This document shows, in pieces, positions 1 to 16,170 of a stretch of DNA of 64,000 nt. The notes beneath the pieces were generated by a model. That model ran no database searches. It saw only the letters and a list, made by a program, of their open reading frames with translations, and was not told the origin of the DNA. The stretch covers positions 15,996,001-16,060,000 of the forward strand of contig OZ024745.1 in assembly GCA_964016885.1 (NCBI GenBank), written 5' to 3'. Position numbers and translations under genes: made by a program. The DNA comes from Eledone cirrhosa. Taxonomy: Eukaryota. The first letter of the stretch is position 1, and each line of letters opens with the position of its first letter.

Positions 1-662
1 CCCTCCAACCATCGTCTTCACTAACCTCTAGCCTCCACAGTAATGTAGTCGACATTATTATTATTATTGCTGTTATTGACAAGTCATTGAATTGGTGGAA
101 TCAGTAGAGCGAGCTATAAAATGGATTGGAAGAGTTGTTAGAATGACCAATCGATCGATAAGATCCCAGACCTCATTACCGAGTGGAATAGAACTCGTCA
201 AATTGGTCCAAGGAAACAATGTTTCCATTGGTTATTCCGTTACTGATATTATCTTCCGGTCGCAACTGCTGGCAGAAACAGCAACGTGAAATAAAATGTC
301 TTGCTCAAATACATAACGCACCACTCTGTTCGGGAATCGAACTTGTAACCCCTCTATTGCGAATCCCATTCTCTAAGCACTAAGCCACGCATCTTCACGA
401 AATAACCAATAAAATGATGGTGGATTGGCAAAATCCGTAGAGCAGCATATAACATGTCTTCTGATATTTAGTTACTTCTCGTCACAGTCATGTGTAGATG
501 TGTGTCCTTATGGTTAGGGAATTGACCAAGACCAAGTGATGTGCTGTGTTCTTGAACAAGCTACTTCATTCCAGGTTGATCCAGTTCATTCGCATGAAAA
601 TTAGAATCAACACCAACTTCAAAGCATAGAAAAACAACAACAAACAAATGTAAAATGATTAC

Positions 663-1037
663 TACCATGTTTTTCCCTATTACAAAACAGGTCATGTTAT
701 CCCCCCCCCCCCCGAACAAAAATAAAACACACACACTAGGACTTATTTTCGGGAAGGGCTTATGTTTTTACACAAAAAATAACAGCATAAGAGTTTTGAT
801 AAAATTCTTATTAAATTGCTATTAAAATTACAATTAAAATAGAGAATATATATTATAGAATTAACAACAATATCATTAAAAGAATTTATTATATTAGTAA
901 TCAGCAAGACTCTGGAAATTTGTGTTTTATATTAGTTTTTATACTATTTTTTATATTATTTTTTAAATTAATTTTTCTCGCAAAACTGCGGTAGGGCTTA
1001 TTTTTGGAGCAGGTCTTAAAATAAGGGAAACACGGTA
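663..1037. mobile_element. Tc1/mariner-pogo type MITE
   Basis: Imperfect terminal inverted repeats TACCATGTTTTTCCCTATT / AATAAGGGAAACACGGTA with TA at both ends; no ORF. Confidence 0.65.
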
Positions 1038-1420
1038 ACTCTTAACTAACTCGTTACAGTTTGACTTCAAATTTCACCGATGTCAACTTTGTCTTTCATC
1101 TTCTTAGCATCCAATAAATTAGTACCAGAGAAATATTGCTGTTCAATATAATCGATATACCCCCCCCCCCACCACCATAGGATTTATGCCTATATGAGAA
1201 ATAATAACTTTTAATTCAAACAAAAGACATTTTATGTTAAAAATAACGGGCCCTTAATTTACAAAGAAGGCCAATAATATTTGGGGTGGAGTAAGTCGAT
1301 TAAACCTAGCCTCGTATTTGACTGGTACTTTATTTCATCACATCAGGAAGGTTAAAAGACCTTGATGGGATTTGAACTCAGAACTCAGAATACAAAGGCT
1401 TCTAGGCTATTGGTCTAGTT

Positions 1421-1883
<463 letters not shown>

Positions 1884-1909
1884 GTCTAGTTGAAGAGTGA
1901 AAGAACCAT

Positions 1910-2090
1910 TTATACTAAAAGTTCTAAGTTTCTGGAGAAACATTCAGCACAAATGTGGGATACTGCCAATTGTAAAGAATGATATAAACATCTTAAAGTA
2001 ATGATGGAATTTCCTCTTTCAATTTCTGGAAAACACCATCGTTGACTCCTATCATTACTCGGGCATTGTCGGTTCCTATAACCATCAGAT
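1910..2090 (-). pseudogene. hAT transposase remnant
   Basis: Two adjacent minus frames give IGTDNARVMIGVNDGVFQKLKEEIPSLL and LRCLYHSLQLAVSH, matching the hAT TD(N/G)A..M.G...GV motif followed by the CxxH motif. Confidence 0.7.
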
Positions 2091-3373
2091 GGTGTTTTGT
2101 AACCATCAGATGATGTCCTATAACCATCAGATGTTGTCCTGTAACCATCAGATGGTGTCCTATAACCATCAGATGTTGTCCTGTAACCATCGGATGGTGT
2201 CCTATAACCATCAGATGTTGTCCTGTAACCATCAGATGTTGTCCTGTAACCATCAGATGGTGTCCTATAACCATCAGATGTTGTCCTGTAACCATCAGAT
2301 GGTGTCCTATAACCATCAGATGTTGTCCTGTAACCATCGGATGGTGTCCTATAACCATCAGATGTTGTCCTGTAACCATCAGATGATGTCCTATAACCAT
2401 CAGATGTTGTCCTGTAACCATCAGATGGTGTCCTATAACCATCAAATGGTGTCCTATAACCATCAGATGGCGTCCTGTAACAATCAGATGATGTCCTATA
2501 ACCATCAGATGGTCTCCTATAACCATCAGATGGTGTTCTATAACCATCAGATGGCGTCCTGTAACCATTAGATGGTGTCCTATAACCATCAGACGTTGTC
2601 CTATAACCATCAGATGTTGTCCTATAACCATCAGATGTTGTCCTATAACCATCAGATGGTGTCCTATAACCATCAGATGTTGTCCTGTAACCATCAGATG
2701 TTGTCCTATAACCATCAGATGTTGTCCTGTAACCATCAGATGGTGTCCTATAACCATCAAATGGTGTCCTATAACCATCAGATGGCGTCCTGTAACCATC
2801 AGATGATGTCATATAACCATCAGATGGTCTCCTATAACCATCAGATGGTCTCATATAACCATCAGATGGCGTCCTGTAACCATCAGATGATGTCCTATAA
2901 CCATCAGATGGTCTCCTATAACCATCAGATGGTGTTCTATAACCATCAGATGGCGTCCTGCAACCATCAGATGGTGTCCTATAACCATCAGATGTTGTTC
3001 TGTAACCATCAGATGGTCTCCTATAACCATCAGATGGTCTCATATAACCATCAGATGGTGTCCTATAACCATCAGATGTTGTCCTGTAACCATCAGATGG
3101 TCTCCTATAACCATCAGATGGTGTCCTATAACCATCAGATGTTGTCCTGTAACCATCAGATGGTCTCCTATAACCATCAGATGGTGTCCTATAACCATCA
3201 GATGTTGTCCTGTAACCATCAGATGGTCTCCTATACCCATCAGATGGTCTCATATAACCATCAGATGGCGTCCTGTAACCATCAGATGATGTCCTACAAC
3301 CATCAGATGGTCTCCTATAACCATCAGATGGTGTTCTATAACCATCAGATGGCGTCCTGTAACCAACAGATGT
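2075..3373. repeat. 21-bp minisatellite, about 60 copies
   Basis: Unit (T/G)TCCT(A/G)TAACCATCAGATG(G/T)T repeated; explains the overlapping 7-aa periodic ORFs. Confidence 0.95.
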
Positions 3374-3552
3374 TTCATGTCTGATTTCTTTTTCACTAAT
3401 TCAATCACTTTCATATTTCTCATTCTATCTTCTGATGAAGGACTAATGACGGAATTTTAAGACTTTTTTCCTACTATATAAGCTTTAAACTAGTATATTT
3501 CTTCACTATACTCTATTGGTTGCTTTGTTGTTTCCGTTTATTTTCCGCACAC

Positions 3553-3599
<47 letters not shown>

Positions 3600-3623
3600 A
3601 GAGAGAGATATATATATATAGAA

Positions 3624-3692
<69 letters not shown>

Positions 3693-3699
3693 ATAGTTA

Positions 3700-3953
<254 letters not shown>

Positions 3954-4167
3954 ATGTGTTCGTGTGAGTTAGTGTGCTTGCGTGGGTTAGTTTCGCGACA
4001 CTAATCTCTGCGTACAAACGGAAATTCTAACCCACCAAACGACAACCATATGTCGTCTCTCTCTTTCTTCCTTCTCTCTTCTCAACCACAATTTTCTGCT
4101 AATGATGAAATTTTAGCTCACCAGCCTAACTCGTTCACCATTCCACTTTTCTTTCTCTCTCTCATTA

Positions 4168-5385
<1,218 letters not shown>

Positions 5386-5704
5386 TTTTAAGTACAGCCA
5401 GCACAACATTTTACTTTTGCAATCGATCAGAACCTTAGTACCAGCTGTTAACATTTCAACACGATTCCCTTTTCCCTTTCTCTCATCATACACACATGTA
5501 CACACACGTACACACAAGTACACACACGTACACACACGTAACACACAAACACACAGAGACACAAAAACACACACACATTAACACAGACCTCACATATGAA
5601 AACACACACATGAAAATGTACACACACAGACGCAAACAAGCATCCATCCACATATAGGTACATTCGCACATTTATTCATACTTGCCAACACAGACTAAAT
5701 ACAC

Positions 5705-6022
5705 ACACACATGCCCGCACTCAGACTCACACATGCCTACACCCAAACTCACGCATGCCCGCACTCAGACACACACATGCCCGCACTCATGGTCGCACAT
5801 GCCCGCTTTAAGACTCACACATGTCCGCACGCAGATTCACACAAGCCCGCACTGAGACTCACACATGCCCGCACTGAGACTCACACATGCCCACACTCAG
5901 ACTCACACATGTCCGCACTGAGACTCACACATGCCCGCACTGAGACTCACACATGCCCACACTCAGACTCACACATGCTCGCTCTCAGACTCACACATGC
6001 CCGCACTCAGACTCACACATGC
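5705..6022. repeat. 22-bp minisatellite
   Basis: Unit CACATGCCCGCACTCAGACTCA. Confidence 0.9.
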
Positions 6023-6199
6023 AAAAAAAAAATGCACATAAAACCACAGCCACTCACAAACACATATACACACATGGTAACATACAGACACACAGACAGA
6101 CATATTTCAGCCCTTCAAGCTGCTAAAATAGCTAATATACCGTGGTGCAGTGTACCTTGCCAACTTTACGTAGGACACCTCACCGAACTTGACTCCAGC

Positions 6200-6714
6200 A
6201 TCCGTCGCTGCGCCTATCCGTCGCTGCGCCTATCCGTCGCTGCGCCTATCCGTCGCTGCGCCTATCCGTCGCTGCGCCTATCCGTCGCTGCGCCCAACCG
6301 TCGCTGCGCCCAACCGTCACTGCGCCCATCCATCGCTGCGCCTATCCATCGCTGCGCCCAACCGTCGCTGCGCCCAACCGTCGCTGCGCCCAACCATCAC
6401 TGCGCCCATCCATCGCTGCGCCCATCCATCGCTGCGCCCAACCGTCACTGCGCCTATCCGTCGCTGCGCCCAACCGTCGCTGCGCCCAACCGTCACTGCG
6501 CCCATCCGTCGCTGCGCCCAACCGTCGCTGCGCCCAACCGTCGCTGCGCCCAACCGTCACTGCGCCCATCCATCGCTGCGCCCAACCGTCACTGCGCCTA
6601 TCCGTCGCTGCGCCCAACCGTCGCTGCGCCCAACCGTCACTGCGCACATCCGTCGCTGCGCCTATCCATCGCTGCGCCCAACCCTCGCTGCGCCCAACCG
6701 TCGCTGCACCCAAC
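6200..6714. repeat. 16-bp GC-rich minisatellite, about 32 copies
   Basis: Unit CCGTCGCTGCGCC(TAT/CAA). Confidence 0.95.
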
Positions 6715-7500
6715 AGGCGAAACCACGCTCAAACATTGGACTTTTCATCCGTCTTCAGCTTCGACATTATCTGCGGTGTTTGCCGCAAAACATCCGAGCC
6801 AAATATGGATTGGTAACTCAAGTCATCTCTGACTATCTGGGCTTATGCTCACTATCTCTCAGTATGCCGGAAGCCAACAGTTCAACCTTCACGAGGATCG
6901 TGTCTTCTTGAGACGAACACTGTCTCGCTCACCCCATGTCTGCCTTGTAGCCAAATAGTGGTGTATGGCTCAAATCGTAGCCATATTCATCAACCGATAC
7001 ATTTCTTCATAATGACGCACCCACATCGGAATGCTCTACAGGTGTGTAAGCCACACAACTGATGAGCCATTATCGACGAGTTATGACTACATTCGATATC
7101 TTGTCACCACAGTGCAGGTCAGTTTCCTTGGCTTACAGCCTTCATCGACAACATCACAAGGAGTCTTGACTTAACCAGTTTCCTTTAACACCTGGAGCCT
7201 CGACGAGATAACTGCACACCTAGACGAGATAACCCTTTACCATATCAAGGCGAGTAAATCAGTAATCTGGTAGTGCAACTTTCACGACCTGTTTCCGGTT
7301 CCAACCTCATCATTTCGACCAGAAACAGCACCGTCCGTAATACAGAGGAGCGGAAGATAACCAAACATCGGAATTTTACCGACTACTTCCTGTTCCCGTG
7401 TCATCGAGTTGGCCGCCATTTAAAAGTGGTGCATATTTGTGAATGTATAATTCAGTATACAACAGAATTAGTTTTATAAACATATTTATACACAAGAGTA
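6715..7500 (+). mobile_element. Possible decayed Gypsy integrase C-terminus and LTR
   Basis: Only weak remnants (a VYG-like segment at about 6960 and an RSGR..DY-like segment at about 7345-7385); many stops. Confidence 0.3.
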
Positions 7501-9034
7501 CAAAAACTGATATGTATATGCTTGTCATGATCGAGCAATTGAAATATATATACGTTGAATTATACGTCTACTCCCAGGGCATTGCTTTTTATTGTTAAAA
7601 AAGACTTGGATCTACCAAGGTTACAAGAGTTATCTCTCTTGCTTGCTTTCCATAAAGTGAACACCCCCTAAGGGAATTTCAGTCTTGATATTGCGAGTAC
7701 AGTCTCGGGCGAATAGAAATGTTTACCTGCTCACTAGATTCAGACAGCGAGATTCTATTTACCAACATACATTTACATAGACACATGTATGAGTACATAT
7801 ATGCGGAGCTTATATCTCTTGATTTTTGGCTATATATTTCATATTTGTATCTATTACCATAAGTGCATTAGACAATGTAACTACAGATTTATATAAAGAC
7901 ATGGAAATGCTAGTTTTTCCCAAGAGACATCAGAGGAAATTCACTCACCTCCACAACATTCAATCGATTACAGGTAAAATAAAGATTTAAGACATTTCAA
8001 ATATTTTCTGTTTGAATTTCCTGGAATGAATATATCCAGACAACTACGTGGGTGCACCTGACACATACACACACATACAGATCATGCACATACTGACGCA
8101 AACAACTGAGCACTATAAAGACCTGTTCACATATGACATGAGTGCAACTAAACAGACTTACATAACTCACATTTTCACAAATTATTAGAACTCTCTTAAC
8201 TCAAACAGAAAAAAATATCCACACCATTTTGTTAGCGACCGGAAGGATTTCTGTGAAGAATTGAAATAAATCTTAATGAAAGCTTACACATCCATAAATA
8301 GACCCCCCCCCCACACGCGCACACACACATACATACACACATCGACAGGCAGAGTTAGATAAACATTTCCTCTTTCTCACTGTCTTACACTAACCCATAC
8401 CTCTTCTCATAACTCTCATTAGACACACATACAGACATGTATGTATGTATCTATGTATGTATATATGTATGTGTCTATGTATATATGTACGTATATATGT
8501 ATGTGTCTATGTATGTATCTATGTATGTACGTATATATGTCTATGTCTATGTATGTATGTACGTATATATGTATGTGTCTATGTATGTATGTATGTACGT
8601 ATATATGTATGTGTCTATGTATGTATGTACGTATATACGTATGTGTCTATGTATGTATGTACGTTTATATGTATGTGTCTATGTATATATCTATGTATGT
8701 ACGTATATATGTATATGTCTATGTATGTATGTATGTACGTATATATGTATGTGTCTATGTATGCACGTATTTATGTACGTATGTATGTATGTATGTATGT
8801 ATGTATGTACACGAAGCGTATACATTTATGTCTAAGTGTGGATTATGCTCATTAGTTGATTAGAAAAGCATGTTAAAAGTTATCCGTGTTACAACCAAAC
8901 TGTTTTTCTCCCTCAAATGTCACATTTTGCTAAGAATGGTAGAAAACACTCTCTATAGAGCGGTTATTATTTTATTTATTTTCCTATTATTCTCCCCTTC
9001 CCCGAAAAACATCCCAATTAGCGTATGTATGTAT

Positions 9035-12000
9035 GTTCTTCTGGTTTTATAATTTCACAAAGTTTTACCAATAGAGAGAGAGTCGGTTTGTAACATAGAC
9101 ACAAGACTCTCTCATTGGAATGTACACAACATCAACTAGGTAGATATGTATGTATGTCTGCATGCATGCATGTGTAGATATGGATGTTATTGTGTGTGTG
9201 GATGTGTATGTTTTGAGTTGTATGTGTGCATGTGTATATGCTTTGTATCTGTACATGTGTATATGCAGTTATTAGATGCAACATTTTTGGAATGTTTTAC
9301 ATATTTTTACTGTTCCATTAATGGATTGTACTTGTAATTTCCTAACTAGTTGTGTTCTTTCTGTTCCTGTGAGGCTAGCTTCTCAAGATTTGTATTGAGG
9401 CAGTTACTAACATATCCCAGTGCCCCAATAATCACAGGCATAAATCTGAAGGTGTAATCAGGGTGGAGTATCTGCAGATTTCTCATCAGTTCTGCATAAA
9501 TATTCTCCTTTTCACTAATCTTTGATATTATATTGGCATCTGCTGGGCAGCTAACTTCCACTACTGTGCATGTTTTCTTCTCCCTGTCCCATATCATAAT
9601 ATCTGGTCTGTTATGCCTGCATTTTATTGGGGTTTTTACTGGAACATTCCACCAGTACTCTTTCATATTATGTACATGGATGTCTTCCACATTGTTGTAG
9701 CTTTTAATGTGTTTATTATCGGGGCTATCTTTTTTACGAACTGCATTGTACAGTGTTTTGGCCACTACATCATGCCTCATAGGTAGATAGGACCGCGATG
9801 ACATCTTTGGGCAGCTGCTGATGACATGGGTGATATCCTCGATGTTAGTTCTGCAGAGTCTGCACTTGTTATCACATCTAGGTGTTTTGCCTGCATCCCT
9901 ATCTCTTTTGTGAATCAGGTATTTCGTGCTAATCTCCTGTTCTTGGATTGCAAAAGCGTATCCTTCAAAGTGGGAGCCAATATAGCGGTTGTTGGTCCAA
10001 GATAGACTACTTTCCTTATCTATATTACTCTCACTCTGGAGCTTCCTGGCAACATATCCATGCATGATTTTTTCCTGATAGTTATGCAGTTTTTCATCCA
10101 TGGATTCACTGCGATACTGCTGAGCGACATCCCTGGGTGTGAGTTTTTGATTATCACACAGGGAATATCTCTCAAGGAGTTCCTTCCCAACTCTCATGAT
10201 CTTATCTGTTTCATGCAGATATACTTGTTCGAGAAGCGGGCTCCTACGCTTCGAGGTTCGTAGATGTCGGAGAGATATGATGCGACATTCGAATGTTGTC
10301 TGGACTGATGTTAGACCTCTGCCTCCCTGCTTACGTTTCAAGTAAAGGCGGTCTATGTCACTGTTGATGTGGAAGTTTCCGGTGTTGTTCAGTATTTTTC
10401 GAGTTCCAACATCAACTGCTCGGATTTCGTCTATCGTCCAATTGAGTATTCCAAACGTTGGTGTTAGGATAGGCACAGCAAACACATTGTGAGCCACTGT
10501 TTTGTTTTGCGCAGAGAGTTCCGATGACCAGATCTTTCTTAATCGGGTGTAGTATTCCCTGGTTACGCGTTCTTTATTACAGATACCATTATAGGATATG
10601 TTCTCATCTATCCCCAGGTATCTGTAGCAGTCCTCATCAGATATCGGTGAAACAGTTAGACCATTGATGACAATGTTTCTAGATTGGGTTGTTGTTTTTC
10701 CCCGCTTTACAGTCATGTATGATCATTTATCTTGGCCAAACTCCATTCCTATATCCTTTGAGAACGTTGTAACCAGGTCAAGATTTTTCTTCATCCCATC
10801 CATGTTCTTGGCATAGAGTTTCAGATCGTCCACAAAGAAGTTATGGGTTAGGTTCGTATTTCTGTCCTCCTGTGAGCCAATGATGTATCCCTCATATTTC
10901 TTGTGCAGTTGGAGGGTCTCTATCATCCAAGAGTGGGGAACGGAATCGAAAGCTTTCTTGTAGTCCAGCCAGACTGTAGTCATATTCCTCCTAAGTTGTC
11001 GCACCTCCGACATCGCAGTTTTGTTGATTAGGAGTTGTTCAGCACATCCCCAAACCATTTTCTTTCCAGCTGCTTGTTCATCTGTGATGATGTTATTATT
11101 TTCACAGTGATCTTGGAGGAATAGGTTGAGGCAGGCTGTATACATCTTATACATCAGGTTCTGGCATGCAATGGGTCGGTAGTTTTTTGCCAAGTGGGTG
11201 TCTTTGTTCTTGGGGACCAGTAACTTTTGTGCTAATGTCAACCATTCTGGTATAAGTGTATCTCCCTTAAGAACTTGTTGGTAGAGGTCAGTAAGATACC
11301 TCCGATAGAATATCAGTTTTTTGTACCAGTAGCCGACAATCATGTCTCTTCCTGGTGGTTTCTTATCTTGGAGTTTTCCTATCACAGTCTGAAGGGTACC
11401 CTTACTTATTTAGTATGTTTTTGTTGTAGTGTAGGAGCAATAGTTCTTTCGGATTTCTCTTAGCCACACTGCATCTTGGTTGAAATTCTTCTTTTCACCC
11501 CATATTTTTCTCCAAAAGGAATCTGTCTTTCTGGGTTGGGGCCTCAGTGGCACTTATTATTTTGTTCTTCATATTTCTGTAGACTGATGTTTGGTTTCGT
11601 CTGAATCTTTTATTAAGCACTTTTCTCTCATCTACCTTCTTCAGGTATCGGCGTTTTTCGCTAACAGCTCTCAATTCTTGTTTGAGGGTGATCAGCTTAT
11701 ATTGGAGAGTTCTGGTTCTACTGTTACCAAACATCGTCTCTATTTTATTTTTCACTCTTTGTTGGTTAGGAGTGAGGTATTTTTGTGTTTGTTTGTATGT
11801 AAGGAGCATTATCACATGTCCTATGTTTTTTTGTAGGTCAGCACTCTTTTTTTCTATTTTAGTTATATATGATGGTATTTTTGGTGGTATTTCGTTCTTG
11901 TTAATATCTCTGCTATCACCAAGATAATGCTTCACTGTCATTGCTAAGGCATATAAACAGGCGTTGATTTGCCAAAATGTTGGGGTTTTTATCCGTCTAA

Positions 12001-12947
12001 ATATTCATCCCCTATTTCGTCAATAACACGTAGTATTTCATTATTTGGTTTTTTATTCACCATTGTCATGTTAACACGTTCAACCAGAGAGATATTTATA
12101 CATGAGTTAATTTCTCTCTGGAAGATTTCGTTGGGGGAAATTTTCAATTGTTTATACTTTTGATTATCATTATCGATAGTATTTTCCACGACAGTCGAGG
12201 TAGACTCGGGTGGTATACGTGGTGTCACATTTATTCGATTATTATTATTATTTCTTCGATTATTATTATTATCGATAGTGTTTTCCCCAGCATTCGAGGT
12301 AGACTTAGATGGTACAGGCATAGTTGTTTCAAGGCACTGTTCGACCTGGCTGCTAGGAAGTCTAGTAGCATGGCGATCTGTAGCACGTGTTGTTGATTCC
12401 ATGTTTGTTGTGGGGGACTTACAATTAATAATATTTATCTTATTTTTACGTTCAACAAACGTCGCTTGTTGGCGTAATTGTTTCGCTGTGAAATAATTTA
12501 GCTCTGGGTGCATTTCGTCCTAGTGTAGCTTCATTCTATTCATATAGCCAATGGAGGGATTGTTTTTTGCCATTTTATAACAATTAAATAAATGATTATT
12601 AAGTTCGCAACTCCAAGAGAAATGCGATTTATAATTTCGGTTTCTTCTGTAGCTACAACTGAATAAAGTTTGATTACCTTCTTTGTTATTTGTCTTCGAT
12701 ACTTCCTTAATTTTCTTGTTAATGTTGTGTTCAGCCATGCTGTTTGTAGCAAATCCTTGTAAAATGAATTATGTATTTAGTCGGATATCTCTACGAATTC
12801 GAATAAAAGGTGTCTTCAGAAGGGATAGTTAGAAGAATAACCAGTTATTCAACATGACTGTAGTTGTGGCATTACTGTCGGAGATAGTATTCATCTTAAA
12901 TTTAATAAATAGTCTCCCACGCCAAAATATGCGACTGATCGCGTTGA
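9035..12947 (-). mobile_element. R4/Dong-like RLE non-LTR retrotransposon, copy 1 (5'-truncated, disrupted)
   Basis: RT motifs KNYRPIACQN, WLDYKKAFDSVPH, FFVDDLKLY, YRYLG and GGRGL; CCHC (CRLC..HVISSC), RHD, and RLE motif HNRPDIMIWD..VVEVSCP; (TATG)n on both sides. Confidence 0.92.
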
Positions 12948-12978
<31 letters not shown>

Positions 12979-13055
12979 TGTATGTATGTATGTATGTATG
13001 TATGTATGTATGTATGTATGTATGTATGTATGTATGTATGTATGTATGTATGTAC

Positions 13056-13094
<39 letters not shown>

Positions 13095-13095
<1 letters not shown>

Positions 13096-13708
13096 TTACG
13101 GTATACATATCTCGTGTTCATGAGTGATGGCAGGCAGGAGGCTGAATTAAGTGCAAGAAATGTAGGAGCTGGTGCAGTAATGCGCAAGCTTCAGCATTCG
13201 GTAATCAGAAGACAGGGGGTAGGTGTAAAAGTGTAAAAGACAAACTCGCTATTTTCAATTCAGTATTCGTTCCAGCCCTTGCCTATGGTCATGAATCTTG
13301 GGTGATGACCGAATAAATACGATCGCGAATAAAAGCGGGCGAAATGGGGTTCCTCTGAAGGGTTTTTGAAGTAATGTTACTCGATAGAGTGCGTAGCCCG
13401 AGATCAGAGAGTCAATCCCGTTACTTTTCCGAAATTGAGAGGTCACAGCTCCAATACTATGGACATGGGGTTAAAATGTCTGAAGAAAGAATCGCTGGAC
13501 AGATTTTACGTGTAAAACCAACTTGCAGGAGACCCAGGGATAGACCCCGAGCAAGATGGTTGGATCACATCCGCGGGCTCTGCTGGTTTCGCTTGAGGAT
13601 TCACCAGCTCAATTGGAAACAGTTGCTTGTGACTGGACCCGCTGGAGGGCGTGCTTGAAAACTCTGCCCACACAATCTTTCTAGGAATAAATGGGTGAAT
13701 AATAATAA
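13095..13708 (+). mobile_element. RTE-clade LINE 3' fragment
   Basis: YGHESW-like segment, LLDRVRS, IERSQLQYYGH, RRPRDRPRARWLD; ends in (AAT)n. Confidence 0.8.
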
Positions 13709-14063
13709 TCGTTTCTACTTTTCGTACATGGCCAGCAATCTGAAAGGAGAGATGTTGACCAAATCGACCCCAGTGTGTTACTGGTACTTTATTTTATCGT
13801 CTCTGCAAGGATGAAATGCAAAGATAAGCTCGGCGGGATTTGAAGTTAGAACGTAGAGGGCCGTAAGCCACAAAGTATGTTGTCCGACACTCTACCTATA
13901 CTGCTAATCCACCGCCAATCATAATAATAATGGTTTCTGATTTAGGCACAAGGCCAACAATGTTATCGACCCCGTAAAGATGAAAGGCGAAGCTAACTCA
14001 GAACGTAAAGCGCCGTAACTCTACGCTGCAAAACATGTCCGACGCTCTTCCTATTTTGCCAAT

Positions 14064-14111
<48 letters not shown>

Positions 14112-14315
14112 ATAATAATAATAATTATTATTTCTACATTTGGCACAAGGCCAGCAATTACCCAGTACATTACTTGTATTTTATTTTATCGACCCCGTAA
14201 GGATGAAAGGCAAAGTTAACCTCGGCGGGATTTGAACTCAGAATGGCAAGGGCTCTAACTCTATGCGTCAAAGCCTGGCGCCCGACCCTCAACCGATATT
14301 GCCAATCACCGCCCC
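13709..14315 (-). mobile_element. Cluster of three tRNA-derived SINE copies
   Basis: Reverse complement of the family consensus: A-box TGGCAGTATCGG, B-box GAGTTCAAATCCC, core CTTTCATCCTTACGGGGTCGATAAAAT, tail GGCCTTGTGCC..AGTAGAAAC. Confidence 0.85.
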
Positions 14316-14577
14316 TACTACTCTTAATAATAATGAATTCAAGTTTACTATCCATTGTATTGAATTTCCAAAAGAGAGTATACAAAAGTTTATAGAGTTA
14401 GTTTTATGATAGAAATGTGGTATTAATGTGGTGAGGACTTCTACAGGTCGATGTCGGTGTGGTAGTAGATTACAACTGTATACTGACTCAGTTAAGGACG
14501 AAGATGAGAGCAAGTAAACAGATGCATATATATACATGTATGTATATGTATACATACATACTTACTTACATACATAC

Positions 14578-14611
<34 letters not shown>

Positions 14612-14699
14612 GTATGTATAAATATATATATATATATGTGTATGTGTGTGTGTATGTGTGTGTGTATGTGTGTATATATGCATGTATACACACGTATGT

Positions 14700-14738
<39 letters not shown>

Positions 14739-14745
14739 TAAATAT

Positions 14746-14895
<150 letters not shown>

Positions 14896-15297
14896 ATATT
14901 TATATATATATATGTACATACGTGTGCATACATGCATACATACACACATACAGACACACATACACATACACATATATATATATATATATGATTGATATGA
15001 AGCAAAAAAAGAACAAGGAATAAAATGCAACGTCATCTTTGCTGTTTTGTGCCATTACAACAACCCCTCCCCCATCCCCACCAACAGATACTTGTATATC
15101 AATCTCCTTCAATATGTGTCAATATGGAACTCATATCTTGTTGTCAATGTTTATTAATAATTCTATTTGATTTATTCGATGAAACTGGAAATTGACATAA
15201 ATTACATGGTTTTTTTCTGTGAGTGAGGACGAGATTTCTTAAATATTTATATATGGATTTTCACACATACATCTTCTTTAAATCATACACACACACA

Positions 15298-15375
<78 letters not shown>

Positions 15376-15464
15376 CATAGTTTTCCATTCCTACGTATGC
15401 ATAGAAATACGTATATATGAGTTTATGTATATATATATATATATATATAGTTTTAATATAGAAG

Positions 15465-15515
15465 AGCTTCTACAGGACTAGAACTGTTTCATTCGTGAGA
15501 AATCATCAGGAAGCT
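15465..15515 (-). ncRNA. Type I hammerhead ribozyme
   Basis: AGCUUC-CUGAUGA-UUUC(UCAC)GAAU-GAAA-CAG(UUCUAGUC)CUG-UA^-GAAGCU: intact core, 6-bp stem I, GUA triplet. Confidence 0.85.
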
Positions 15516-15650
15516 GTCCAAATAAGTGGTAGTATTTATATCTTTCCTTTTCTTTAAATTCTTTAACCAATGTCCTCCATCCATCCCAACCCCCACCCTC
15601 TCCTACCACCAGAAAAAGAAAGATAAATACTACCACTTATTTGGACAGCC

Positions 15651-15701
15651 AGCTTCCTGATGATTTCTCACGAATGAAACAATTCTAGTCCTGTAGAAGC
15701 T
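15651..15701 (+). ncRNA. Type I hammerhead ribozyme (mirror copy)
   Basis: Same as 15465-15515 with one substitution in stem III. Confidence 0.8.
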
Positions 15702-15834
15702 CTTCTATATTAAAACTTTTATACTCTGCTATGTATTGAGTACCCTACTTACTGTGGTTACCTCCGATTCAACCCGGAATAACTTATATATATATATATA
15801 TAATGGAACATGTGTGAGATCCTTGGTACAGTTA

Positions 15835-16010
15835 GGTATATTTGAAAAAAAGGAAAAGAATGACTTAACTTGTATCGTTAAAAAATTTATGATTTAATGT
15901 TATAATATAATAATATTATGAGTTGGTAGATAATATTATAATATTATATTATAACATTAAATCATAACATTTTTTAACACTACAAGTGAACTCATTCTTT
16001 TCCTTTTTTT

Positions 16011-16018
<8 letters not shown>
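15835..16018. repeat. AT-rich inverted repeat (about 80-bp arms)
   Basis: TATATTTGAAAAAAAGGAAAAGAATGA... mirrored by ...TCATTCTTTTCCTTTTTTTCAAATATA. Confidence 0.8.
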
Positions 16019-16062
<44 letters not shown>

Positions 16063-16103
16063 TTCAAAATATTAGCAAAAATAGACATTCGTGTGATCAA
16101 GTA

Positions 16104-16170
16104 TATTTTATTATACATATTTCAGAGGTACTGAGCTATCTTCAACAGTACGCCCTCATCAGATAAAATA
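16104..16170 (-). ncRNA. Type I hammerhead ribozyme
   Basis: UAUUUUAU-CUGAUGA-GGGCGUACUG..CAGUACCUCU-GAAA-UAUGUAUA^-AUAAAAUA: 8-bp stem I, long stem II, minimal stem III, AUA triplet. Confidence 0.7.

Larger units (their letters stand above)
15450..15785. mobile_element. Fold-back element carrying an HHR in each arm, inserted in (TA)n (PLE pseudo-LTR-like)
   Basis: Arms about 15450-15552 and 15613-15717 are reverse complements; the terminal segment GGTTACCTCCGATTCAACCCGGAATAAC recurs at about 48485. Confidence 0.8.

Noticed and set aside
3425-3470. CTGATGAAGGAC as a hammerhead
   Set aside because: No downstream GAAA and no closable stems.
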